Assembly: GCA_951406725.2 (NCBI GenBank)
Contig: OX597815.1
Coordinates: 47,306,001 to 47,370,000, forward strand
Source of the DNA: Octopus vulgaris
Lineage: Eukaryota
Length of the DNA stretch: 64,000 nucleotides
Direction: 5' to 3'
The position numbers and the translations under genes are program-made. This document shows, piece after piece, positions 41,076 to 55,242 of this stretch; position 1 is the first letter of the stretch, and each line of letters opens with the position of its first letter. Below the pieces are notes generated by a model. That model ran no database searches, had not been told where the DNA came from, and saw only the letters and a list, made by a program, of their open reading frames with translations.

Positions 41076-41560
41076 GGCGCAGACGTGGCTGTGTGGTTAG
41101 AAGCCTGCTTCCCAACCACACGGTTCAGTGTTCAGTCCCATTGCATGGAACCTAAGACAATTGTCTTCCACTATAGCCACGAGCCGACCAAAGACTTCTC
41201 ATTAGATTTGGTAGGTGGAAGCTGAATGAAGCCCGTTGTATGTGTGTATGTGTGTGTGTCATTATGCCTGTGTTTGTCCCATACTATCTCTTGATAATTG
41301 GTGTCGGTGCGTTAATATCATAATGACCTAGCGGTTCGGCAAAAGATATCGACAGAATAAGTGCCAAGTTTTAAAAAAATAATACTTGAGTCGATTCATT
41401 CGACTAAAAATGTTCTTGAAGGCGTTGCCGCAACATCTCCGCAGTATCGGTGCAGCATTGCCACAACATCGTTGCAGCATCGCCGCAGTATTGCCGCAGC
41501 ATCGCCGCAGTATTGCCACAGCATCGCCTCAGTCTCATGACTGAAACAAGCGAAAGATAA
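41076..41560 (+). mobile_element. CORE-type SINE with 11-bp minisatellite expansion in its tail
   Basis: SINE consensus; GCAGYATYGCC-type units at 41421-41535. Confidence 0.8.
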
Positions 41561-41589
41561 ACGACAAAAAGATAAGTTAAAAGATAAGA

Positions 41590-41790
41590 TTTCTATTCCT
41601 GGACCGGACGATGCGTTGTGTTGTTGAGCAAAACACTTCATTTCACGTTGTTCCAGTCCAATCAGCCGGTAAAATTAGTAATCCTGCGACGGGACAGCGT
41701 CCCGTCCAAGTGGGGAATACATACGCCATAAAACCGGGAAACCGGGCCGTATGAGTCGGTGTATGACTCGAGAAGGTAACTTTACTTTAA
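41590..41790 (+). mobile_element. Second CORE-like SINE family, 5'-truncated
   Basis: TTGAGCAAAACACTTCATTTCACGTTG CORE-like segment; ends GTAACTTTACTTTA. Confidence 0.6.
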
Positions 41791-42149
41791 GGTCATGTTG
41801 CCATTCTGAAATCAAGGTTAAAACCCGCTCAAGGTTAAAACCCGCTCTGAAAATCATAATTCTGGGTAGAAGAACCGTAGAATAGTGAAGCATCGTCTAA
41901 AACAATCATATTTGCAGAGCTAAACCACCACCATGTCAAGCTTACATCAGCCAAATTGGTTCGTCGTGAACTCTATAAAGCTGCATACCTCGAGAGGGCT
42001 GAAATTGCTAATCCTCTCTCCCATACTCAATCCCATTGGTAAGCAGAAAAAATGGCGTGTATATTATCAGAAGTGGTCAGTGGCTCAATGAAACAATCAT
42101 CAATCACTTTTTCCCAGTTTAGGGCGAGTTTATAACTGGAGACACCTCA

Positions 42150-42390
42150 AATAAGTTTCCAACAATGAGTGTTTGGCTCCTACCGTTATTTGGCCAGCCA
42201 TATCACGGAATTGTCTTGGAGTTTTAATTGGTCATCATGGCAGACTTATCGCCAAGAATTTTTATGACCATCTGCATCCTATTCTCCGAACATTGTTCCC
42301 TGATGACCGTGCAATCTTCAGGGACGACAATGTATCGATTCACAGAACTTAATTTATTCGAAAGGTTGCACGAAGTGAACAAAAGTGAAA
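42150..42390 (+). pseudogene. Tc1-like transposase fragment
   Basis: DHLHPILRTLFPDDRAIFRDDNVSIHRT resembles Tc1 FQDDNAPIHR. Confidence 0.6.
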
Positions 42391-42394
42391 TTAT

Positions 42395-42720
42395 CCACTT
42401 GGTTAAAATTTACAGAAAAACAAAAGACGAAGACAGGTGTATGAACAACAAGCAAGTGTATTAGTCTGACGCTCGGGAAAGTGAGAAAGTCTCTTACGTT
42501 ACGAGCCTATGCTCTTCAACAGAAGAGAAGATAAACAGAGAGATAAAAAAATAAATAAGCCTGTGGAGTTAGCGCTCAAGCATGGCGGCTGGTTGGGAAA
42601 AAAATTTGGCAGGAGAGGTTGAAAGAAAGGGAGAAAATAAAATCTTGGTGATCACAATACGAAGGTGCGCGTGCGTATAAATCTGAACTTGTAATCGGGA
42701 TAGAGACAATGCAGTTTTCT
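42395..42720 (-). mobile_element. Penelope-like pLTR fragment with decayed minimal HHR (42489-42530)
   Basis: Minus strand: CUCUU-CUGUUGA-A-GAGC-auag-GCUC-GUAA-CG-UA-AGAG followed by a T-rich tail. Confidence 0.55.
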
Positions 42721-43019
42721 CAATAGTCGAGCATGGGTATTCTCTTTTCACTTGTATGTATGTATGCATGCATGTATGTATGTATGTATGTATGTATGTA
42801 TGTATGTATGTATGTATGTATGTATGTATGTATGTGTATGTATGTATGCATGTTTGTATGTATGCATGCGTATATGTATGAAAGTCTGAAGATCTGCACT
42901 TAAACTGAAGATAAACTGAGACCAATTTTAAGCAGTTGACTTAGTGAGTTTAACATTGCATTTTTTGACAAAACCTTGCTTGAAAATCTAATCCTTTTCT
43001 TTATTTTTCAGGTAAATAA

Positions 43020-43519
43020 CGACCTGATTGGACCACAGAAAGTCATGGAACAACAGAATCCTTCCGTCATTTTTTCTTTTTGACGCGCACCGGGCACACT
43101 ACCAATAACATGATTTTGCACCATGCCCTGGGTCAAAAGCAGCACAGGCCTTCCTTGATGAGAAGGTGCCATTTTTGTGAGGATCAACAGCTGGCCGAGT
43201 AATAACCTAGATTACAACTTTTTATGGGGCGTACTTCAAGCAAGGACCAATTCTTTACTCGAGCGTCAACAGTTTGAAGACCTGCCTCGTGCACATGATA
43301 GGCAAAATCAAAAGGGCGGAGGTTGCAGTAGCTGCAAAAAAATTTCGTTTTCGTGTGAAAGCAATAATTGGCCAAACGAGCGGCCATATTGAGTGATAAA
43401 TGTTTTTGTTGTGATAAATGTTACATTAAAATTATATTTGTCTACTACCATTATTTTAGTATTTATAACCAGTTTTGTGCCTTGTAAAAATTGTCACAAT
43501 TTATCCTCAAGATCCTGTA
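43020..43519 (+). mobile_element. maT/DD37D-like transposon 3' remnant
   Basis: WPSNNLDYNFLWGVLQARTN; ends CACAATTTATCCTCAAGATCCTG|TA (TIR-like). Confidence 0.55.
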
Positions 43520-43934
43520 TGTTTTGAGTATTTATATATATTTATATACAAATACGCGAACGTATGTAAGCATTTTCAATTGTTTGTATGCATGTAAGTT
43601 TGTCTACTTTATGTAGTAAAAGATCTGTATTAACAAAAAACACTTCTGACAAAAGAAAAAAGACCGTCACTAGCAGCATTATAATTTAAAATATGCTCGA
43701 TGGCAGAATTTTTGGAGTGATGAACAAAATGTCATTGTGCTATTTCGTTATATCATCTACGTTCGTAGTTCAACCCCAGCATTTAATTTGACATTCACAA
43801 ATTCCATGTAATAAAACAAATGACTTTAACACGTTAGCGTCAGTAGTTCCTATCCTCCACCGTACCCGAGATGTAGAATGTGTGACTTCTTCTGTATGTC
43901 ATTAGTAATCATAATTATTGGTATTTCTTTGACG

Positions 43935-44311
43935 AAGGCGGCGAGGTGGCAGAATCGTTAGAACGTTAGAATCGTTAGAAATGCTTAGCGGTATTTCGCC
44001 CGTCGCTACGTTCTGAGTTCAAATTCCGCCGAGGTCGACTTTGAATTTCATCCTTTCGGGATCGATGAAATAAGTACTAGTTACGCACTGAGGTCGATGT
44101 AATCGATTTCCCCTTCCTCCAAATTTCTGGCATTGTGCCCATAATAGAAAGGACTATTACTAAGGCGGCGAACTGGCAGAATCGTTAGCAAGCTGGACGA
44201 AATGCTTAACGGTGTTTCGCCCATCACTACGTTCTAAGTTCAAATTCCTCCGAGGTCGATTTTGCCTTACATCCTTTCGGGGTCGATAAATTAAGTACCC
44301 GCGAAACACTG
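43935..44311 (+). mobile_element. Two tandem Meta/MESC-type SINEs
   Basis: AAGGCGGCGA(G/A)..GGCAGAATCGTTAG heads at 43935 and 44162; GAGGTCGA.TTTG..TT.CATCCTTTCGGG.TCGAT.AA.TAAGTAC central domain. Confidence 0.88.
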
Positions 44312-45259
44312 TGTGTGTGTGTGTTAATGAATCAGAATTAAGGACTCAGCCAGGCCATAATTTGAATAAAAATAAACATTATCGAAATAAATTATAGGTT
44401 TATTGAAATTACCTCTACTTTGAGAGATAGTTAAACATATTCCTAGAGACAATTGAAACAAACTCTGGTTGAGAAGAGGGGATAAAATATTAATAAGTTC
44501 GTTCTTATCGAGCTGTGAATGATATATTTAGAGTGCACAGCTTACGAAGCGTAAGCTGCACAGCTTCCGGGAGAATTTTCTCCCGGAATTGTTTCTGCAG
44601 CGGAAAGTTTTCACATGTGCGAAAGAGCTCGATCGTGTTAAATTAAACTTTACACAAATACATCTGTATATAAATATAGGACTACAGTTTTCAACGTGAC
44701 CTTTCCTGATTTATGACGATAAAGCTGAAATGACGGAAATTTGGCCGCGTTATCTAGTAGGTCGATAGCCCGTTCCGACAAATTTTCCTTTTGACTCGAA
44801 GCAAACCCTTTTGTTGTTTATTTATTTATTTATTTTTTTTGTATTCTTAGCTCAAATATAGTCGAACAAAACTTTGATGAAAGTCATTCTGCTCGCGACG
44901 ATCCCATTATTTTATATACGAAACTATAATTATTCATTATAGCTTTTATATCAGATGTTAAGTTGTGATTTGTTATTATGGTGGGTGCTTTTAGCTCCCT
45001 GTTTAACAAATTTGTCTTTTTGTGAGTAATGCTCTTTTAACCTTTTCTTCCCTACCTTCTCCCCTTTAACCCCCTGCGTAACCTTCCCTTTGTCCTATAG
45101 TTTGTATTTCACATTTTCAGAATGATAGTAAATGTAATAGGAGCGGTCGTCTTTAGAAATACTGTTTTTAATTAGAGAACATTACGGAAGAAGAGTTTTC
45201 GGTTACATATCCACATATCGTCACGATATCAGCATTATTAGATTATTACAGAGTGTTGG

Positions 45260-46250
45260 GGCGGCAGAATCGTTTGTGGATTGAACAAAATGCTTTGCGA
45301 TATTTGTTCCGATTATTTTTCTAATGTTGCTTTTCATCCTTCTGGTTCAATAAAATAAAATACCAGCCTAGTATTGGTGCTAATATAATCGGCAAACCTC
45401 CTCCCCTCAAAACTGTTTGTCTCGTGCCTAAATTAGAAGCAACTGATATTATTTGATACAATTTCTTATTATTTGGTGATACTGCATTATTGATATTCTT
45501 ATTGATTATCGAAAAATGAAATCCGGACCATGAAGGTTTCAAACACAGAATTGTGGAATACACGAGTTATCATCATAAGTAATCCAATCCATCCTTTTTA
45601 CATTAATAATTAAATGCAATATAAATCCCACACCATAAAAAAAAATTAAAACAAAAATAACGAAAAGCAAAAATTAAGATTCATAATAACACATCCACGG
45701 ATAAATGAAAATATATATAAGTAAATACAAAAAAAATATTAGATAAACAAGTGAACATTAAAAATGAAGTTTTGACGAATAAAGTCACGTCTAGTTTTAA
45801 TAATTGTGTTTGGTAAAATGTATATGCTGGTTGAAATGTAATGAATTACACGTTTGAAAGATCTTATTCAGCCTTTTGGAAAATATCGGATTATTTAAAA
45901 TCTTGGAGTGGTCATAAGGAACGGTGTGAAGATGGCATTACAATAGATCGTTGTTATTGTGTTTTGTTATTTTAGTATTAATTTTGTTGTTTCATTGTGG
46001 TTTTATAACACTACTGTTTTTATTACTTTCCTTATTAAGGCGGCGAGCTAGTAGAATCGTTTGGGCGTCCGAGTATACAAAAAATAGCTGCGGTATTTTT
46101 GTTCGCTCTTTACCTTCTCAGTTCAAATTCCACCAACGTTGAATTTACCTATTATCTCCCCGGTGTCGATGAAAATACAATATCAGTAAAATATTGGAGC
46201 CGAGAGTCACGTCTAACTGACACCTTTAAAAATGACTGGCCTTGTACCAA
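45260..46250 (+). mobile_element. Two further diverged Meta/MESC-type SINEs (45260-45450; 46037-46250)
   Basis: Head and central-domain similarity. Confidence 0.6.
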
Positions 46251-47059
46251 AAATTACTTTTCCTACTATAAGTATTGTCATTATGGTGGTAATGATTGTT
46301 GAATTGACAGTATGATGAATGATAAGGGGTTGATCCCGATATTTTCGGTCATCTTTATCCCTTAATCATTTATGGGGGCCTCCGATACAAGAGGATGAGA
46401 CCGATTATATTATCTGTTATCTGCACGCTCGAAGATTTGCTGCAGGTTCGACACTGCTATCAGGTTCGAGAACTCTAAGGTCCTGTTGGCAGTGTTAAAT
46501 TAGGGAGTGGATTGTATCTACTATCCACGATAATCACGAGGGGATTTGAACTCAGATCACAAAGAGACGGAATAAATACTGCAAGGTAGCATAATCAACG
46601 TTCTACCGTTTCTGCTAATCTGTTTCCTTACAAGCAGTGATTTATTTATCGGTCCCGGAAGAATAAGTAGTGTTGATGGCCGAGTCAAAATTGAAACAGA
46701 ATTGACAAGGTGTCAGAATAAATAGCATAAGGTATTTCATCTAACACTCTGATTAATCTGCCTATTTGCCGCCTGCTGCTGCTAGCCTGTCATCATCATT
46801 GTTGTTATTGTTGTGGTCTTCTTCTTCCAACCAGGACTTACGCCATCGGCCACAAAGAATAATCTCTAATTCGAGCCTACTCTAAGTTACTAAGAGTGCG
46901 TGTGGCAACTTGAAGATCCACCCACCACACGCGATAGACTGGCGGTTGCACGGGCGCGAAAGCTACGTGGTTATCCTCATTCCGTAAACGGTGGCTTTTA
47001 ACGGGTGGAGAGCTGAACCATCATGGGATACAGAGGATTCGTAATCTAGACTAGAGTCT

Positions 47060-47298
47060 GAAATTTTACCACACCATAGTGGGTTACACCAGGGTTACTC
47101 TGCTTTGTGGCAGAAGTAGGAAGAAAGAGCGAGAGAAAGTTGTGGCGAAAGAGTACAGCGGGGTTCGCCACCACCCCCGTCGCCGGAGTCTCGTGGAGCT
47201 TAGGTGTTTAAACACTCACAATGCCCAGACCGGGAATCGAAACCGCGTTCTTACGACCGCGAGTCCGCTGCCTTACCACTGAGCCATTGCGCCTCCAC
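47060..47298 (-). mobile_element. tRNA-derived SINE of a third family
   Basis: Minus strand: GTGGAGGCGCAATGGCTCAGTGGTAAGGCAGCGGACTCGCGG...GGTTTCGATTCCCGG with A and B boxes, followed by a non-tRNA body. Confidence 0.8.
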
Positions 47299-48573
47299 AT
47301 TGTTGTGGGCGATGTTGGTGTCTTAGAAGGAGTAGAATATAAGAGTAGAAGTATAAAAATAGCCATAGAGGAATTATCAGAAATTATTCATGGCATCGTT
47401 GCTGTTGCTGCTTTACCAAATCTCAGTCAGGTTTGCGAGGACAGTCCGGTAATTATTGAAGGCATCGGAAAATTTCCTAAGAACGCCTTCTATTAGAAGA
47501 ATTCATAGTTAAGTACACGTTATCGTACTTTGAAAAAGTGAGCCGAAAATAAGTTCTCGTTAATTGAAAGTGTAACACTAATAAGAATAATGTCGTTAAA
47601 GTTAATAACATATTATTCTCCGGGTAACGGAGAAAATTCTCAAAATTTCAATTAGCAAGAAATTTAATTTAGAGATACATGCAATGGCCACCACTCAAGC
47701 ATATGAGCCAATAATCGCAATGAAACAATTACGCAACAGATACACTAATACATATTGACTACATACATTTGACGAAGTGGACGTGCTTTGAACAAAAAAT
47801 ATAAAATAATGTGGAACTGAGTCAACATATTAAATACAGCTTCGACTAAATGTATTAAGTGGTGCTTTTTATCATATGTTCAGCCACTCGTATATGAATG
47901 ATCACGTGATATATATATATATATATGTACACACATGATGCGCGCACATACACACACCTATATACACAGACATCAGCATATCCATGTATATGTAAACATA
48001 TATATATATATATATATACATACACACATATATCTATACGTGTGTCTATGTGTGTGTGTGAGTATATATATGCATATATGTATGTATATATATATGCGTA
48101 TATATGTGTAGGTTTACATATAATGAATATGGCAATAAGAGAAAGATTTGTATGTGAAACACTCATACACACACATACATACATATATACATACATATGC
48201 ATATATATATATATCTATCTATATATATATATATATGTACATGCAAATATACATACATATGTGGATATGTGCATATATGAAACTCTAATTAGTTCATTAT
48301 AAGGAATTAACATTCACCGTCACCTTACTAATTTCTAAATTAAAACAAATATTCTGTTACCAATTCTATGTAACACTTGAAATTTCAAGAATATATAATA
48401 TTCCTCCTTCAGTCGACATAAAAATTATTTGCCTATCCGTAGTAAAAGATTATAAATCTTAATGGTGCTAACAGCAAATGTATTTATAAACCACAAGATC
48501 CGTCAGTTCGGTGCGTGATATCATTACACTCAAATATATATGTATACATACAAACATATATATATATATATAT

Positions 48574-48626
<53 letters not shown>

Positions 48627-49167
48627 CATATATATATATATACATATATATACATATATATATATATGTGTGTGTGTGTGTATGCGTGCGTGTGTGTGTG
48701 TGTTCTTTCTTTATGACTTTATTAATTACTTGTTAGTTCATATTAGCAACCTTCTCATACACACGAATAGGTTTACATTTTCATTTCATTAAGGGTTTGA
48801 AGATAAATAACCACTAATTTTTCGCCTCTACAAGTTTTTCTTAAGGCTAAGGTTTATGTGGAAGAGTATAGAGAAGGACAACAGTTTTTAATTAGTCGTT
48901 CGGAAGTATAATTGATGATTTTAATCTCACGGCTAAAACAATGGATAAATGACAAGTATAATGACTATATTTTACGCAATGAAAAATATTCTAAATTGTT
49001 AAAGGATCGTTAATATTTCCATAGTTTTTTCTTACTTTTCGTTGATGTATAACCTAACGTAGATGCTACTTACGAGTCCTTAATTTTAAATCTACCTTCC
49101 AGTCATTCCACGTGCATCTGTGTGTTCACGTACGCGTGTGCATGTATATATATATATATATATATAT

Positions 49168-49210
<43 letters not shown>

Positions 49211-49565
49211 TGTGTGTGTGTGTCTGTGTGTGTGAATGTGGGAATTATATTTGGGCTTTAAACCTGGAGTTTGCCTTACAAAGCCCATCTGCAGGAATTG
49301 GCAATCAGACACTATTATAGAACAAGAAGGGAACGATTTACAGATGATATATTTGAAAATCCGTAAATATCGTAGAATTCGTATAAATATTGGTTTCAAA
49401 TTTTGGCACAAGGCCAGCAAGTTTAATCTTTTTTAATGCTGTTTTCTCATTCCTTATTAATGATTTATATTATGTTTGTAACTGCAGCATTTTCATGCAT
49501 ATTAACGTCGGTAGGGCTCCTTGGTTTCATTTTTAGAATAAAGTAGATTGTAGCATTAGCATTTT

Positions 49566-49865
49566 TTTCTTTTACTAGTGTCAGCGCGAGAGCTGTAGCC
49601 ATGCCGGGGCACCGCTATTAGTTTTGCCACTTTCAATACTTGGAGCCAAAGGCGACATGTTAGAACATCTCGCATTTGGTAATGAGCGAGTTTGGTGTTG
49701 TTGCCCTCATCTGCGTAAGTTCATCCGGAACTCTTGACAAGAAGAGATCTAGTTTTGTTTTGACAACAGCTACATCTACTCTAAGTATGTCTCTCCGGCT
49801 TTCTGAGACGATATTGAAGAATTCTGGGCCTTTGAAACCCATGCAACATTTTTTGTACAACGTAT
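49566..49865 (-). mobile_element. 3' end of a CR1-group LINE including 3' UTR
   Basis: GFKGPEFFNIV..RDI..VD....KTKLDLFLSRVPDE..MRATTPNSLI C-terminal motif; UTR ends like the SINE tail. Confidence 0.75.
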
Positions 49866-50456
49866 CAAGGAAACAGAATTAATAATCTTAAAATCGTTTT
49901 ATTAACTTTATTACCTCCAAAGTACTTTCACTACTCAATTCACAGATTCTGTGCCTGACCGAGTGTTGGGTTTGGTTGATTAATATAATTTTCATTGTTA
50001 ATATTCAAGTTTTATTCATTGTTAATATATCTTGAACTCATGTTGTTTATTTCTATCTAGTTTTGGTTTGTGCTCTTGACTATAACGTTGTAAAGTTACT
50101 TGTTAAAATGTATGGTCAACAAATAGAAAGTGTTGTACATGTGTGTCTGTCCGAAAGAACCAATACATCTTAATGGTTGCAACATTGTAGTTTACTTTGG
50201 AATTCGTATACTACCATAGCCCTGCATATAAGCAGCTTGACAAATAGAGATCAACAAATGAAGTTATTGAAAGCAATAAATATTGAAGTCGATATGATGG
50301 ACATTTAGTCGATCATGTTGACTCATTGAAATAAATGTCTTAGCATGACTTAACTCCAATTGCTTAAATCGTAATAAAATGAAAAAGCGCACATATATTT
50401 ATGTATATTATTTTAATCTATTGGTTTTAGTCATTGAAGCTGAATACACGCACAGA

Positions 50457-50520
<64 letters not shown>

Positions 50521-50850
50521 CTATCTATCTATCTATCTATCTATCTAACTATCTATCTATCTGAGGCTTATATATTGTTGTAGAGAATTAGTAATAATGG
50601 CACACCCTTTCCACGTGACGGATGGAACAAGCTAATCACTATAAGTTAAGAGAGCTACGTGAAGTACGAGAGTACGTAGCAGCCGGCTCCTGGATTGCTA
50701 TTTTGTTTGAAGGCTTCTGCTCAGAATTTTGAACTGTTGAAATTGCTGGAATTTTTGTCTAATTTGTTGCTGTTTGTTAAAAACACAAAGCTTGTTCAGC
50801 AAACTTGTTTTTTGTTGTATTTTTTCTCCTCTATTTGGAATAGAAAGAGT

Positions 50851-51382
50851 ATGTCTGAAGTGGACGTGGAGTCCGAGGAACACGACCAGGAAGCTAGGCG
50901 TCTGTAGCTGGAAATTGGAACATGGCGAAGACAGTGAAACAGCTGGAAATGCGAGGAGTTATCATTGAGCGGGAAGCATTATGTGAATGCATGCAATTTA
51001 CAGAAAGGGAGGGGCTGAGCGCAAAGTTGACTCCTCCGGAGGAAACAACTGGTGGAGTGAGAAGAAGAACGGTGATGTACAGGACACTGTATTTGCTGAA
51101 GAAAATTATCGCAATAGCACCGGAGGATGCCATTAAAAATGCTTGGACACAATAAGACACGCCATCTTGTACACCAGAGGTAGGAGATACAGTACAGTGG
51201 AAGTAAGATTTGCCTCTGAAGAGGTGGCATTTAAGCACTCCACTGTACCAATAAGGACTCAAGAATGGCTGCTCCTGCCAACTTACCGACAGAAGTGAGA
51301 GGGATATGGATAGTGGCGGCTATACTCACCGGAACAAAGGAAGAGCCAAAAGTTGTGCAGGCAACTCGAACACAACAATTAA

Positions 51383-51385
<3 letters not shown>
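50851..51385 (+). pseudogene. Probable decayed LINE ORF1 (gag-like) N-terminal fragment
   Basis: Purine-rich coding-like sequence with stops/frameshifts: RRTVMYRTLY..TRGRRYSTVEVRFASEEVAFKHSTVPIRTQEWLLLPTY; truncated by (TA)n. Confidence 0.4.
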
Positions 51386-51442
<57 letters not shown>

Positions 51443-51636
51443 TATATATTATATATATTATATATTATATTAATTATATTTATATTATTTGTTATTCATG
51501 TATTGGTTTATGTCTATCATTGTTTGAGTTGCATAATAGTGGTTTTATCTCTAATTCATATTTTATATATTTATACTGTGAAATTTGATTTAATACTAAA
51601 TAGAATTTTTCCCTGTAAGTTGGGAGCTATACTCCC

Positions 51637-51739
<103 letters not shown>

Positions 51740-51768
51740 GTAAAATTTTCAGTGAAAAAAAGCTTATA

Positions 51769-52050
51769 GTTCAACACACGTTAGAAGTGTCTGAACATAG
51801 AGAAAAAAAAAAGACGACAAGGACTACATCAAATATGCTGGTAGAGTAAACAGGGACTGCAAGAAGTTTAAACTGGACGAATTAACGAATAGATATGTTC
51901 GAATGCCTGACTTTTACGCAGGGAGTTACTGCTGAAAAGGATGCAGAAGTTAGAACAAGAATTCTCGTTAAGCTGGAACATAACCAGGATGTAACCCTAC
52001 AGCAAGTGTCACAAGAATGTGAAAGGAGAGCTAAATTAAGACACGACACA
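51769..52050 (+). pseudogene. Gypsy (Mag/K02A2.6-like) gag fragment
   Basis: FNTR*KCLNIEK..DYIKYAGRVNRDCKKFKLDELT..MFECLTFTQGVTAEKDAEVRTRILVKLE..LQQVSQECER. Confidence 0.75.
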
Positions 52051-52843
52051 TTTTCATCTTTCTTCCTCCCACTCCCAGCTTCTGTATCTCCCTGATAGAG
52101 GGAAATGGACTGAACCAAGGTTAGATGCCCAGAACATGTTTGTTAACACCGCAAATTTAATTATTTACTGTTGGTACCCTATTCTTTGTCACAGCATTCG
52201 GGCTCAGGTTCATGCACATAATTTATGATATATATTTGTTTGATGAAGTAATTATTATTCTATTTCCAATTTGTGTAACATACACACACACACACACACA
52301 CACACACGTGTGTGTGTGTGTGTGTTGTGTGTTTTAAATACATAGCTATATTTCGATGAAAGAGAATATATATTTATTCCATCCATAACAACACGGGTCA
52401 TGTACTAGTACAGATATATATATATCCGTGTAAATGTGAGTTTGAAATAATACATACATGAATTCGTACATATGTACACAGACATACATATATGCGTACA
52501 TGCATAAATATAATTGACTTATTTCATCCTCTCTCTGTATCTATGCATCTATCTCCTATATAGCATTTTGCTAAGTAGATTAAATTTAGTGTATCCATAT
52601 TCTATTGTCACTTTATATTGCTCTTTATATTAATTTTTTTTACTTCTGTTTGTTTTATCTTACATATATAATAATATCTCACTATTATCCATAACTCCAG
52701 GCTTCTCTTTAACGTCCACAATTTCTTAATATGTTTCGTGCAAATTGTCTACTAAAACGAATATATTCTAGCACGTTTATAATAAAAGTCAATAAAAAAC
52801 AACACTGAATATGTTCTCAAATATTACTTTACACACACGAACA

Positions 52844-52939
<96 letters not shown>

Positions 52940-53105
52940 AACACACACACTCACACACACAGATACAGACACATGAAATAAACACATTTTAATATCAATT
53001 CAATTATTTTATATGTATAAAATATCAGCGGAAGATTCTGTTTATTTTAAGCAAGCTTGAAATTGCTTATGTCACAAAACTTCGTATTTATGAAACAGTA
53101 GCGAG

Positions 53106-53745
53106 GTGTCACGTTTTTACTCGGTCTGTAAGAAAAAGCAACCAAACTTTCATCAAATCATTTTGTCCCGCTTGAAAAGTATGAAGGACATAATGAATAA
53201 TGTGTTCTTAATTAAGGAATCTGAAAATTATAGACGCGATGGCTATGGCCTGAACAAACAGGTTAGATTTCTATCTCACACTGAAGACAGAGTCGGATCT
53301 ACCATTACTAATTGCATATTTTTATGAACTACATCTTCCATGGACTACTCTACCAACAATATGAAGCAATTCCGAGCCCCCAAAACAGCTGTCGGACTTG
53401 TAACACCATTTTGTCTCCCCTTAAATTTTCTGTGTCTTTATTCTCTGTGCAACTTTGCCCTTTTAGTATATAAATATCTACATATTTTGTACTATTATCA
53501 CCTGAATAATTTCAGCTTTTTCTTTCTATGTTTTTACACGTATACATCTAAGCGGTTTTATTTTTTTTATTTGCACAATTGTCTCCAACTTAAATATTCA
53601 CCTCTATTGAACCATCTTACATCGTCTCTTACGAAGGCATATCCATAATATCCCAGAAACAGCTGTAAGTCTATATCTATGTTTTCTTTATAAAGGTCCT
53701 GAAAACTACTCACAGCTTTGGTTTTGTTATCTCATTTTATTTAAC
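53106..53745 (+). mobile_element. Penelope-like element 3' end: GIY-YIG C-terminal remnant (GYGLNK) plus pLTR with decayed HHR at 53624-53671
   Basis: GUCU-CUUACGA-A-GGCAUAU-ccaua-AUAUCCC-A-GAAA-CAGCUG-UA-AGUC; palindromic ACAGCUGU stem III. Confidence 0.6.
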
Positions 53746-53921
53746 ACACACACACACATATATATGCATATATATGTATGTATGTTTATATATATATATA
53801 TATGTATGTATGTTTTATATATATATATATATATGTATATATATGTCTATATGTATATATATATATATATATATACATACATACATACATACATACATAC
53901 ATACATACATACATACATACA

Positions 53922-53954
<33 letters not shown>

Positions 53955-54292
53955 GAGATTAACCGTGCTTCCTCTCGAGTCGATTTCAAATGCCGGCTAA
54001 CCCTAACGGTTCTTATGTGGGACTCAAATTAACAATAAGTTGTTAGACTCTGGTAACCTTTCTCACTGGGTAAATCCGAAGTGCTTGTTCAGGATTGCAT
54101 ATTATGTTCTGTAGAGTAAGAAATAGTATAAGGAGAACGGAGATTTTTCAAATCGATAGTTCTATTTAACAATTATAACTGTTGAATAAGATCATGAATG
54201 TGAAATTATGGATGTGAAGTTATCGTTATTAATACCGTGTATGTGTGTGTATATGTGTGTGAGTGTGCGTGTGTATGTTTGTATATATATAT

Positions 54293-54333
<41 letters not shown>

Positions 54334-54759
54334 TATATATATATATATTCAATCAAAGCAATTAAGATTCAAGTAACTTCCAATGAATTTACTTGAATGT
54401 GGTACTTAACTTAGATGCACCAGAAAAACTATATGGTGTTATCCATACAGTAATGTGGGGTGATTATATATATAATAATATATATTTCTCGTATATATAT
54501 ATATATATATATCTTCCCAAATAACAATTCATAGAATCTTGAAGCTCAAAACGATTCTCTATCGAATATGTTTTCGGTTATTTATCCTTAGCTGGATTGT
54601 GTTAAGTGGTGTGATGAAGCTCCTCGGATATTGTTTTGTTTACCGTATTTCTCAAGCAGTGCATTATCGCACTAATACGATTGCTATGACTACCTATGAA
54701 ACTATTAATTTTATTTTATACAAACACACACCACACACGCACGCGCACGCGCACACATA

Positions 54760-55127
54760 TCTTTTCTTTTATTCATTTACTTGTTTCAGTCATCAATCAT
54801 TTGATTGTGGTCATGCTGCAGCAGCGCCTTTTGGTCCAAGATATAAACTCATGGACTCATACTTTATAAGCCTGGTGCTTATTCTATCGGTCTTTTCTGC
54901 CGAACCGTTAAGTTACAGGGACGTAAACACCAACATCGGTGGTCAAGCACTTGTGGTGGTGGTGGTGGTGGTGGGACAAATACGGGCACGACCACATACA
55001 TAAATATATACATATATAAGCTTCCTTCCCAACCACATGGTTTCCGAGTTCAGTTCGACCTGCATGGCACCTTGGGCTAGTGTCTTCTAATATAACTTCG
55101 AGTCGATCAAAACCTTGTGAGTGGATT

Positions 55128-55192
<65 letters not shown>

Positions 55193-55200
55193 ATATATAT

Positions 55201-55242
<42 letters not shown>

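Noticed and set aside
41421-41535. CRISPR-like regular repeats
   Set aside because: No spacers and no cas genes; eukaryotic SINE-derived minisatellite.
47215-47298. Possible tRNA gene
   Set aside because: No proper acceptor stem or Pol III terminator; continues into a SINE body.
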